64,000 bases of DNA. Source: Neocallimastix sp. 'constans' (Eukaryota). Below, piece by piece: positions 41,736 through 53,900 of this stretch. Position 1 is the stretch's first letter. The number at the start of each line of letters is the position of its first letter. A model generated the notes under the pieces. The model did no database searches and was not told the DNA's origin. It worked only from the letters and a program-made list of their open reading frames with translations. The stretch is taken from the NCBI GenBank assembly GCA_050613775.1, contig JBODTK010000109.1:62001-126000 (forward strand). The letters are read 5' to 3'. The position numbers and the translations under genes are program-made.

Positions 41736-44430
41736 TGTTAGAAATTAAATTTGATATTCTACATTTTTAAATATAAATATTTTTTATTATTTTTTATCTT
41801 ATAAGATTAAGTTATTAATAAAATAATAATAAATATAAAAAAAAATTAAATAATGGAAAATAAATAATTAAATAAAATGTAATTTAAATAAATAAGATTA
41901 CATAAAGTTTTTTATATATATGAATATTAGAATAATAAAAGTGTAATAATTAATAAATAAAAGTGATTATTTTCCAATAATTTAAGAGTCTCAGGTGCTC
42001 TTAATTATTCGATAATAATATATAAAGAATTTATTAATTAATGAAGTATTAAAATAACAAATAAAAATATATTAATTAAATAATACTAAAGTGAAGTAAT
42101 ATTCCATAATAATAGAAGTTAAAGCGAATTAACAAAAAATCAAAATGAACTACGAAGGAAACGCCACAAAGTATATTTTGGATAATTCCAACTTCAAATA
42201 ATGGAAATAAGAGCTTTAAGAGCTTTACCTTTTGTTTAGGGGAAAGAAACTGCAAAGGCGATTATTAGAAAAAAAGGTCAAAAAAAATTTAAGAAGCTAA
42301 ATTAAATAAAAAACGAAGTAAAAAAAAAAGATCCTAGTTGACGGTACTATTGACCCGTATTATGAAGAAAGTGTCATTGAAGATATGCTGCGAGCGGATG
42401 CACTGGTAAAAGAATATTTAATAAACAGCATTCCATAAAAATTGGCAGAAAATTTCTATTTTATAGTTATAAACCCTTATGAAATATTTAATTTAATATC
42501 AAGTATGAATATAAATGATGATAATGATTTAATAGAAGAAATAAGAAAATTCCTTAGAGATAGAAAAATATATTTCAGGAAGGGATACTTCCTTATCTAT
42601 TTTTATTTTGAACATGAAAATTAAGTTTAGGTAACTTTATGTACTAAAATCACTACCAACTGAACAAGAAAAAATGGACTATCTATACAACAACATACTT
42701 AATGACCTTGCTTTGAGGTCAAATGAATTAATTTTCTTGGTACATTCAATAAGTATTCTGAATTACTCGTTAAACCTAATAAAAGGTTTATAAAACTTAC
42801 TGAAAGAAGGTTAAAAAATAGTTCGAATAGTCAACCTAGTGACTATGATAACTTATCTACCGAAAATGAAAATTCATTAAGAAATGTCAATATATATTCT
42901 TATAAATGGTGTAAAAAACGATGAAAACTATTTTGAATCAAATTTTAACAAATTACATACAAGAAATAATTGTAATTATAACAAAAAAATTTTCAAAAGA
43001 AAAAATTATCAAAACAAATTCAGAAAATAAGATAAAGATGTAGTAGAGTATTAGAATTATGGAAAGAAGGGTCACTATTCCTCTGAATGTTGATATAAAA
43101 AGAACAATATGGATAACTATAAAAAAAATATTAACAAAGATGAAAATAAAGGGTGGTATTTTCTTAATATGGAAGTTAATGAGGAATACAAGGATGAATA
43201 TATGAACCATTTTTTTAAGATGATAATGTTTTCATATTTGAAGATACAGAGAAAAATGAAGGTGGTAGCCTTAAAATATTTCCAATGGATTCTCGTACTA
43301 CATATCATATGACGAAAATTTTGGATTAAAAAGCGAACTATGTGCTTATTATACAAAAGATTATAAAGGCAATATTTTATACATATTAACCTTATATATT
43401 GATGATATAATTATATAAGAAAAGAAAAATGAAATTAATTTTATTAAATCAGAAATTAAAAAACAGTATTTGATGTAAGTGTTATTGAACCAGTGGATTT
43501 CATAATAGGAATAAAATTCATTAAAATAAAATATGGATATATAATTCATCAATATCAATATTTAAATAAAATTTTAGAAAATTTTGAAATAGAAAAATAT
43601 AATGAAATATCAAGTTTGATTTTCATTTAAAATAAGGAATTAAGGAAAAGAAAATTTAACCTTACAAAATACATACCAGCCGTAGGTAGTTTACTCTAAT
43701 TTGCAATGGGAACAAGACCAGACATTTTGTTTGCTACCAGTAAACCTCAAGAAAAAATAAAAATTCATACCTATGAAGACTGGTTAAATGTTTTGAAAAG
43801 TTTTCAGATACTTAGAAGGTACAAAAAAATATGGATTAAAATTAACTAACAATATAAATTTAAATGCTTATGTAGATACAGACTTAGACAAAAAGATCAA
43901 CTGTTTTTATAACTAATATGGGAAAAACATCAATTTCGTGGTATTCAAAACTCAAACATTGTGTATCAATATCGACCACTGAAAATGAATATTATAGTCT
44001 TAATAAATGTGCATTAAAATGCATGTGGTTAAGAAATTTCCTGGATGAATTAATTAAAAATATAGGAATACAATAAATTCATAATCAAGACACAAAAGTT
44101 TAAGATATTACAAAGTAAGAGAATTAGTGAATGGAAAAAAGAAAAAATTAAATTAGAATACACTGAATCTGAAAATAGTTTAACCGATAAGAAAAAATTA
44201 AATTAACAAGGGGGTGTTAGAAATTTAGTTTAATATTCTACATTTTTTAATAAATAACTTATTTTTATAATATTCTATAAGACAAAAATAATTTAATAAT
44301 AAAAAATTTAGTACTTGAAAATAAATAAGTGAATAAAATGTAATTTAAATAAATTAGATTATGTATGAAAAATTTAATATTAGAATATGAAAATAATACG
44401 AGTGTAATAATTAATAAATAAAAGTGAAAT
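41736..44430 (+). mobile_element. Degenerate, internally deleted Ty1/Copia LTR retrotransposon with both LTRs (~41736-41966, ~44215-44426)
   Basis: Both LTRs start TGTTAGAAATT...ATATTCTACATTTTT; PPT AACAAGGGGG precedes 44215. Relics of a CCHC knuckle (GKKGHYSSEC), protease (DSRTTYHMT), RT (LYIDDIII; AVGSLL*FAMGTRPDI) and RNase H (ISWYSKLKHCVSISTTENEYYSL); many stops. Confidence 0.85.
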
Positions 44431-46181
44431 GTAACATAAATATATTATATTGTTTTTTTTTTTTTTTTTCTTTTGACATATGATTTTATTATATATATAT
44501 ATATAATAAAAGAAATTAAAATAAGGCATAAAGTCATTATCTTTGATAAGTGTCACAAAAAAATTGTAATAAGAAGGAATAAATGATACAAAATAATAAA
44601 TATGAACAATAGAATTAACAATTATTCAAATATATATTACTTTTTTAATATAATTATAATACTAATAAAACTAATATTAATAATCAATAAAATATATTAA
44701 AAAAATATTATATATAATTTTACAATAATTAAATTAATTATTAAGGGTTAATTTATTTATGTACAAAAAAAAAAAAAAAAAAAAAAAAAAAGATATTAAA
44801 GAAAGTATGTTTTTTAATAATAATAGACCTTTAATAATGAAAAATTAACAAATTTATATATTTAAATAACTCAAAAATAATTTAAAAATTAAAAAGAAAA
44901 TAAGTACTATTTAAAGATTAATGTCTTATTAATTTTTTATATAATTAAATTCATGATTATTATTATTTAGAAAATATTCAAATAATTAATGATTTATATT
45001 TTTATAAATGAATTTTAATTGCTCATTTAAAATTTCAAAACTATCGATATATATTTATTTTTTCTTAAAAAAATATTATCAATAAAAATATGATAACAAA
45101 AGTATAAATAATTGTTATAAAATTCATTCTATTAAAATAAAAATAATTAATCATATATATTTTTATACAACCTATATTAAAGTTTCGATTCATTTTTTAA
45201 AATAAAATTATAGTTATATAAATATATATGTAACAAAACAAATAATTGCTGAAATTATATAAAATTCATTCTATTAAAATAAAAATAATTAATCATATAT
45301 ATATTTTTATACAACCTATATTGAAGTATCAATTCATTTTTAAAATAAATCATAGTTTTACAAATATTTATATATATAATAAAGCAAATAATTGTTGAAA
45401 TTATATAACAAATCATATATAATAAATCATAATATATTTTTTTTTTTTAAAAAAAAAAAATTAATAGAATTTTGATAAATTAAATTATTTTATTATTATT
45501 ATTATTTTATTATTATTATTATTTTTTTTTTTTAAGATAAAATAAAAATAAAAATAATATTCAATTATATATTCCTATGAAATAATAATATTGATAATAA
45601 AAAATAAAAAAATCAAATATATGTTTATATATTTTAAATAACATAAATAATTATTTGAAAGAAGAATAAACGAAATTGAAATATATATTCATATATATTG
45701 ATTTATTCTAATAAGAATATATTAAACATTTTTAAAAGAATAATTATATGTATATGTATTACATTTGTTAACAAAGAAAAACAAAAAAACAAAACAAAAA
45801 AAAAAAGGAATAATAATAGGTAAGTGAGATTACTAAAAAAAAAAAAAAAAAGAAAAAAAAAATAATTATTAATAATAAAATTTAAATAAATAACAGTACC
45901 TATTATTATAATATATATAATTGTGATTATTATTTATTGTATTATTTATTGTCATTTATTTAATACTTTATACACATATATATTTTTCAAATTTTAATAA
46001 ATATTTAATATAATGATAAACAATAAAATTCACGTTGCATTAATTGTGATTTGTGCTATGTATATTGATTTTATTAATATAATCAACATATTTTTATAGA
46101 AATAATTGGAATAAAAAAAGTATTTCAATTTTTTTTTTTCTTTAAAAATTGGAGAAGAAAAACATTTTATATATTTCAAGA

Positions 46182-47541
46182 ATGTCAGAGTCAATTATTC
46201 CGGAATCAGATAATACTGAAAAATTTATATTTTTCGTTTTAGTTCTATTGGGAATTGTCATTATATTTTTAGAGATTACTGGTAATAATATACCTTATTC
46301 GAAATTTGAATTAAAAAATGAGAGGGTAAATATGCTAAATACCACTGATATTTAATTATTATTATTATAATTGAAATTAAAAAATAAATATATAAAAAAA
46401 AAAAAATATAATAATAATAATAATTATAATTATAATTTTTGTTTTATTCTATTCAATTATATACTATTCAATTCTATTCTATTTTATTTTATTCAATTCT
46501 ATTCTATTTTATTTTATTTTATTTTATTTTATTTTATTTTATTTTATTTTATTTTATTGTTTATATGAATTATTTTTTTATTATTGGAAATATAATTTTA
46601 TTAATAGCATATAAATTGTAAATTATTGTAAATAAATTGTTAAAATGTTTTTTAGGGCTTTGCATTTAGTAGGTGCTATAATACAAGAAAAGGTCTTTTT
46701 CTTATCTATCTTTCAACTATTTTGAGCATTACATTTATATATATATTCGATTCTAGAAAAAAAACACCATATCATATTATAGTATATATATTTTATTTAA
46801 TTAATTATTTAAAACGATGCTTTGAAGTATTGTTTATTCACAAGTATGTTATTTCATTTCATTTCGTTTTATTATATATTATTAAAAAGTATATAGTTAT
46901 AGTAGAGGATAATTATTTAGTAATTGCAAAAATTTGATATATTATAATATATTAAAAAAAAAAATATTAGGTTTTCAAAAAAAAGTTCATTTTTTGCATT
47001 ATTATATATTGGAATTTCACATACATTTGTAAATACAATTCTATGCAGATGTATTCTTTTAAGCAATAAGAATATTGATGATTCAAATTTCTTTTATTTA
47101 ATATTACCGTTCCCATTGATTATATTTGGATGGTTTGGATCATTTTACCATCACATATTATTGGCAAAAATACGAAGTAAGATATATATAAACATTTATT
47201 ATAATCAGTAATAATTAAAAATTAATAGTACTAATAATAATGTACTAATATTTTAAATCTTAAATCATCTTTAAAATATATTAGGATCCCCGCGTAATGC
47301 TAAGAGATATAAGATACCAAGAGGAGGTTTATTTGAATATGTTTCTTGTCCTCATTATTTTATGGAATTATTAACTTGGGCAGGATTTTCTGTTATTGTT
47401 CATAGATTATCCTTTTATGGTCATATTGTATTTATATTTTGTACATTCGCCGGTCGTTCATATCAAACAAGAAAATGGTATAATAATAATATAGTAGGAT
47501 ACCCAAGAAAAAGAAAATGCTTAATTCCATTAATTTTTTGA
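46182..47541 (+). CDS. 3-oxo-5-alpha-steroid 4-dehydrogenase / very-long-chain enoyl-CoA reductase family membrane protein, 264 aa, 4 exons (46182-46325, 46656-46843, 46971-47176, 47285-47541)
   Basis: GT-AG splicing gives a 795-nt ORF with KRCFEVLFIHKFS, FYHHILLAKIR, YKIPRGGLFEYVSCPHYFMELLTW and a C-terminal YPRKRKCLIPLIF. Confidence 0.9.
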
Positions 47542-47660
47542 AAATAATAATAATAATAATAGTAATAATAGAAGTATTATTTATAGCATTATTTATAATA
47601 ACTATAAAAAAGCATAATTAAATTTATATATAGAATTAAATATAGTTTAATAATAATAAA

Positions 47661-47699
<39 letters not shown>

Positions 47700-48639
47700 T
47701 GTTATATAAATAATAATAAAAGTAATAATAAAAAAAAATATATTATATAAAAAATTAAAGATATATATTAATTAAAGTAAAACTTAATAACAATTATTAT
47801 AAATTAATTTAATAACAAACCATCAAATTATAAAGTATTTTATTTTATAAAATTAATATTGGTATTTTTTAATTAAAACCAAATCCTAACATTGAATATA
47901 TATTAAATATATTATACATCTTATTTCGTATTTAATTCTAATTTTATATAATTTTTTTTTCTTTTGACAATATATATTTTGTTTAATATTCAAATATATA
48001 AAAATAGAAGTATCAATATATATTTATTATTATTAGTATTATTATTAATATTATTACTAATGTTGAATTTTGGAAAATGTGGCTTTTAAAATTTTAATAA
48101 ATAAATTAATAAATAAATAATTTTAATAAATAATGTCAAGTAAAAGATTTTTAGACTTTTATTCTTTTTATATTTATTTTAATAAAAATAATAATAATAA
48201 TAAAAAAAAAAAATAATAAAATAAAATAAAATTTTCTTGAAATTAATAAAAAGTATTATATGTAATTTTAAAATTTAAAAAGGATTTAATATCTTAAAAA
48301 TATAAAAACTTATTCTTTAAATATTTTTAAAAATAATATATACTTTAAAAAAAAAAATAAATTCTTTTTTTTAATAAAAAATTAAAAGTTTATATATCTT
48401 TAAAATTAATGTAAATAAAATAATACATAAAAATAAAGAAATAAAATATTTTTGAAATACTCATTAATATAAATATTCTTAAAAATTAAAAAAAAAAAAA
48501 AAAAATACTTTTTAAAAAAATTAATTTTGATATAGATATAAAAGTTATTAATAAAAATAATAAAAATAATAATAAAATAATTATTTAGAAAATATTTAAC
48601 GATGAAAATATTTTAAATATATTTTTTTAAATTAAATTT

Positions 48640-48950
48640 TTAATAATTTAATTTTATCAATCTTGGCAATATTACATGTATTGATAATAGGTATTGTTGG
48701 TATTGATTGAATGTTAATGGCTTACTAGAGATCCAGATTGTAAAAATGTGTTGATTGTTAGCTATTATGTAAGAGATTCGGATATTGTCATATCTAGAGA
48801 CTGCTGATTTATTATGAATATTATGAAAGACGATTTTGAACTTATGTTGTAAAAGCCTACTAACTGACATGATATTCTTTTTAACTTTTGGAATATATAT
48901 CGTTAAGTATGAATTTCTTTTTTCCAATATATCCAATAAATTGTCCTGAA
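48640..48950 (-). mobile_element. Ty1/Copia pol fragment (region after the protease)
   Basis: YIPKVKKNIMSVSRLLQHKFKIVF resembles the Copia 'YVP.L..NL.SVS.L' segment. Confidence 0.5.
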
Positions 48951-48959
48951 ATTACTGCT

Positions 48960-49802
48960 GTCATTAATTATTCATTAGCTGTAGAGATAGGTTTATGCCT
49001 ACGGATTTTATTCATCCCACAAGTTTTACATGAAGAAATATAATTTATTATATCATTCTTCATGCTTGGTCACCAATAGAATCGCTTAAGTTTTTCGAGA
49101 GTTTTGTCAACTCCCTGGTGACCGTTGGTGGGTGTATTATGAAATGAGTATAAAATTGAAGCCTTGAGTGAAGAAGGGACAATTATTTTCTTCTGAAAAT
49201 GCAAAACACCATCAATTAATATAAAAATTGAAAATTTAAAATCTTTAGATTTGCTTTAATTTTTTGAATGGTGTTTCAACAAAAACTGTCCTTCTTTTGA
49301 GCTTCAATTAGTTTAGATATGTTGCTATTAAGAGCAGCACAAACAAAAATGTTTTCTGACAGAACAGTTTGTTGAATATTACTAGTGGATGATCCAGGAT
49401 AGTCAGGGCGTCTTGATAGAGCATCTGGCTTACTGCTTTTTGTTCTTGGTCTAAAATTGATCCTAAAATCGAATTTTGAGAGGAACAGACTCCATCTTAT
49501 TTGTCTTTGGTTTAAATTTTTAGGTTTTTTAAAGTACAAAAGGTTTTTGTGGTCCGTGACAACCTGAAAAGGAAACTTCGAACCTTCTAAGTGGTGTCTC
49601 CAGACTTCAAAAGCTGTAATGACACCTAAGAGTTCTTTATCGTATATTGTATAATTTTTCTCCGTTGTAGTTAAAGACCTTGAGTAAAAAGCAACTGGGT
49701 GAAGAAGCTTATCCTTATCGTTTACTTGGGACAAGACACAACCGACGGCAAAATCACATGCGTTGGTTTCCACCACAAATTCATTTTTGTGATCAGAGAA
49801 TA
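48960..49802 (-). mobile_element. Old Ty3/Gypsy pol fragment (RNase H and integrase zinc finger), interrupted by the younger element; continues at 56588-56680
   Basis: VETNACDFAVGCVLSQ...HPVAFYSRSL...NYTIYDKELL...TDHKNL...DALSRRPD, then H..PTNGHQGVDKT...C. Confidence 0.9.
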
Positions 49803-50576
49803 TGTAAAGATATTATTAATATCTTTATAAATTTTAATTAAATTTAATCATAAATTTAAGTAAAATTGAAATAAATCTATTAAAAATCACGTGTATAAAA
49901 TTATTGCAAATAATTTTAAACAAAACTTCGATTTCTTCCCAATCATATTAATAAATTAAAAATTTCTCTTGTGAAACTAGTAATTGAAAATCATTTCTTT
50001 TTATGTAATTTAATTTAAATAATAAGAGTTAAGGTTTTTTACAAGATAAATTAACAACATGAAACTATGCAATTAGTCATGTTGAAACTTGCGGCATTTT
50101 ATGCTAAAATCATATTAAATAATTATGACAACTTTTATATTAATTTTAAATAGAAAATATAATAAGAATTTATTAATAATATTTAAATAATAAATAAATA
50201 ATAAATGAGCTCGATTGAAATTGTTTATATTTATTTTAGTTATTAATTATAATTCTCTTTATTTAGTAATAGTTAATTATTTATTATTAGTTTAGGTTAG
50301 TATTGTTTTTAAATAAATAGTTAGATAATATAATTCAATAGGAATTATATATTCTAAATGTAATAAGATAAAAATATAAATAGTTAACCAAATTTCATGT
50401 ATTTTAATCGACGTAATTGTTATTAACGATTTATTGTTAATAACACTAATAATTAATAAAGATTATTTTAAAATCTAAATATAATAAAACTTATTTGTTT
50501 ATAAAACATTTTTGTGTTATTTAGTGTTATTATAATTTTTGACTTATAATCTATTTTTTTAAATCAAAACTTTATA
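49803..50576 (+). repeat. 5' LTR
   Basis: TGTAAAG...CTTTATA; direct repeat of 55814-56587, one mismatch seen (50510 T vs 56521 A). Confidence 0.96.
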
Positions 50577-50587
50577 ATAACAATTAC
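50577..50587 (+). promoter_or_regulatory. Self-priming primer-binding site ATAACAATTAC
   Basis: Directly follows the 5' LTR; exact reverse complement of GTAATTGTTAT at 50413-50423 within the LTR; no TGG tRNA-type PBS. Confidence 0.75.
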
Positions 50588-50955
50588 CTTTTTCTCTCAA
50601 TAAAATACGTTATAAGTCAAGATTATAACACGTGATACGTTAACAGTGGCTTGTGTGTGGCTTGATTCAAAATATTTTTTTTACCAGTTTTAGATTATTG
50701 CTACCAGTTTCAGAATATTGCCACCAGCTCTATAATATTGCTACCGAAATTACAATTACACGTCTTAGAACAAGATTCGAAAAACCATAAACCTTTAATA
50801 TTTTAATTTATAACGTTACGTTTACTCGACAGCACCGCTTCAAAGGATAGAGCTAGATCGACTAGATGAAAAAACGTTATAGTTTGAAATATTTATTTGT
50901 TTGATATTTTTGTTAAAGAAATTGCAAAAATTTAAGTCAATTTAAAATAATCAAA

Positions 50956-53900
50956 TTGGAGGGATTTAACAACCTAATAAGAAGATTCGAAGACCTTAAC
51001 CTGCAAGAAATGAATCAAGAGAATCATCAAGTTCTGCCCCGTAACAATCAAAAGATTGTTAACGAACCACCGCTATTTTCTGGAATCAAGAAGGACTTTG
51101 ATGGCTTCCTTACAAGAGCTGAAATAGCTATGGAAGCCAATCCACAAGGTTTCAATAACGACCATACAAAGGTCAGATTTATAATTTCTTATCTTGTCGG
51201 TGATCCCTTGATATGGGCCTCAAACTTGCGAAGAAATAATGATCCCCTGCTCAATGTTTATGAAGATTTTATTCAAGAATTAAGAAATCAATTTGGAGAG
51301 CAGGACATGAGCACAGTTGTCGCAAACGGTAAATTATGCAGCATCCGACAACATAAATTTGGTCATGTTAGTGAGTATATAAATGAATTTAATAAAATCA
51401 GCAGACATTCAGATTTTAACGATTCTGCTAAGATTTATATGTTTGTAAAAGGACTTCACTACAAGATGAGGGAGCACCTTGCAGTGGTAAATCCAAATCC
51501 CAACAACTTAAGAAGACTTTTCACTGATGTCCTTAGTATCGAAAGCTTAACTAAGAGACATGAAATAAATGAATTTTTCTATCATAATTATTACCATCGT
51601 AAGGAAATAAATAATAATAATCATGCGTCTACTAGTGACCCAATGGAAATAGATTTATACAGAATTAAGAGAGGACAAACGAATACAAGTTACTTCCCTT
51701 CTAACCAGAAATTATATCAAAAAAACTCGAATTCAAGAGATGAAGAAAGAAGGAAAGGATTGTGCTATTATTGTAAAAAACCAGGTCATCGCTATTTTAA
51801 CTGTCCAAATAAGAAGAAACCTGCCGGAGTCAAGATTATCAGTAAACAAGAAAACACCGCTACCACACCCTCAAGTAGTTTAAGAAGAATTAGAAGAATC
51901 AACAGCCAAGAAGATATTGTCAAAGTTAGAAAAATCGTGGAAGAACAAAACTCACTTTTGACAAAGAAAAGTAATATCATTGATTTCTATATTAAAACAA
52001 ACGATATAGAAGAAGTAAAAGCAAGAGTTCTGATCGATTCTGGTTCTGATCTTAATTTTATCCATCCTGAATTCGCTAAAGCCTTTGGAATTAAAACAAA
52101 AGAAATCGAAGAACCTTTCCGTGTTACTGGTCTTGGATATGGTGTTTCATCAGTAAAAAAGGAAACTGAGAAATGCGTTCTTCGTTTAAGGAACCACTTG
52201 GAAACGATTCAACTCTATGTTCTCAGGATTCCTGATGTTGATATTATCTTGGGTTTACCATGGATCAATAAGCACTCCCCCTACAACTACCATGACGCAA
52301 AGAAGATTTCTTTCGGATCCGGTTTCTGTGCAAGACATTGTAACAATGGTAAAAGAAAAAGGAAAAACAAGAACAAGAAAAGGAACAAAGGAAAAGAACC
52401 TGCTACCAACCTAGAAGAAAACAAAGTTATTATTGAAGAATCAAGAAAAAGAAAACCTCTCTTTGACTCTGATTCCGACTCTGACTCAGAAGAAGAAATT
52501 TCTATTCGTGGCCGCCGAACTCGTATTAGAACTTGCTCTGAATTTAATAATTATGATAGTGATAGTGATATTAATGATACTTTTATGTTAGATAATTTTA
52601 GTGATAGCATTAGTGATAGTGATAACTTTAGCGATAGTGATGATATTATTGTTATGAATTGTGATAGTAAAATTAGTACTAATAGTTTAAGGATTTTAAA
52701 GAAAATTTGTGAATCTAGTAAATGTAAGAAATTAAATGTAATTGAAAAATGTAATGATGAAGATAATAATTTAAATAAAGATGGTGAAAAGGTCGAAGTA
52801 CCTGAAATCTATTTGATGTTTAAAGAAGTGTTTAATGAAAATAATTGTAATGTGTTACCTCCGCATCGTAATTATGATTGTGAAATTAAATTAAAAGATA
52901 ATTGTAGTCTATTTTATGGTCCGTTGTACCCTTTAACTGAAACGGAGAGAGAAGAATTAAAGAAATATTTAGAAGAGAATTTAAAAAAGGGTTTTATTAG
53001 GAAATCTTCTTCTCCTGCTGGTGCACCTATTTTATTTGTTAGAAAAAAGGATGGTACTTATAGACTAGTTATTGATTATAGAAAATTGAACGAAATGACC
53101 ATCCGTAACTCTTATCCACTTCCTTTAATTAGTGAATTGTTGGATAGAGTTAAAGGTGCTAAATATTTTACTAAGTTAGATTTAAAATCTGCTTATAACT
53201 TAGTAAGAATTAAAGAAGGTGACGAGTACAAAACTGCCTTTCGTACAAGATACGGGCACTTTGAATATCTCGTTATGCCTTTTGGGCTTAAGAATGCCCC
53301 TGCTACATTCCAACATTTTATAAATGATGTTCTCAGTGATTACTTAGATGATTTTGTAATCTCTTACATTGATGACATTTTAATTTATTCTAATACTTTG
53401 GAAGAACATCATGTACATGTTAAGAAAGTTTTAAGAAAATTGTTAGAGAATCATTTAGTTGTTAAATTAGAAAAGTGTGAATTTGATGTAACTGAAACTA
53501 CCTTTCTTGGTTATGTTTTATCAAGAGATGGAATTAAAATGGATAAAGAAAAAGTTAAATCAATTTTAGATTGGCCTGTTCCAACAAACGTTAAAGAAAT
53601 TCAATCGTTTATTGGACTTTGTAATTATTACAGAATTTTTATTAAAGACTTTGCGAAAATTGCAAATCCTCTCCACAAATTAACTAGAAAAAATGTTCCT
53701 TTTAATTGGAGTTCTGAACAACAAAAAGCGTTTGATACTTTAAAAGAATTATTTACTACTGCTCCTATTTTGAAACATCCTGATAGCAACAAACAATTCA
53801 TTGTTGAAACTGATGCTAGTAATTTTGCTGTTGGTGCAATTCTTTCTCAGGAATTTGATGGGCATTTGCATCCAATTGCTTTTATTTCTACTAGCTTAAC

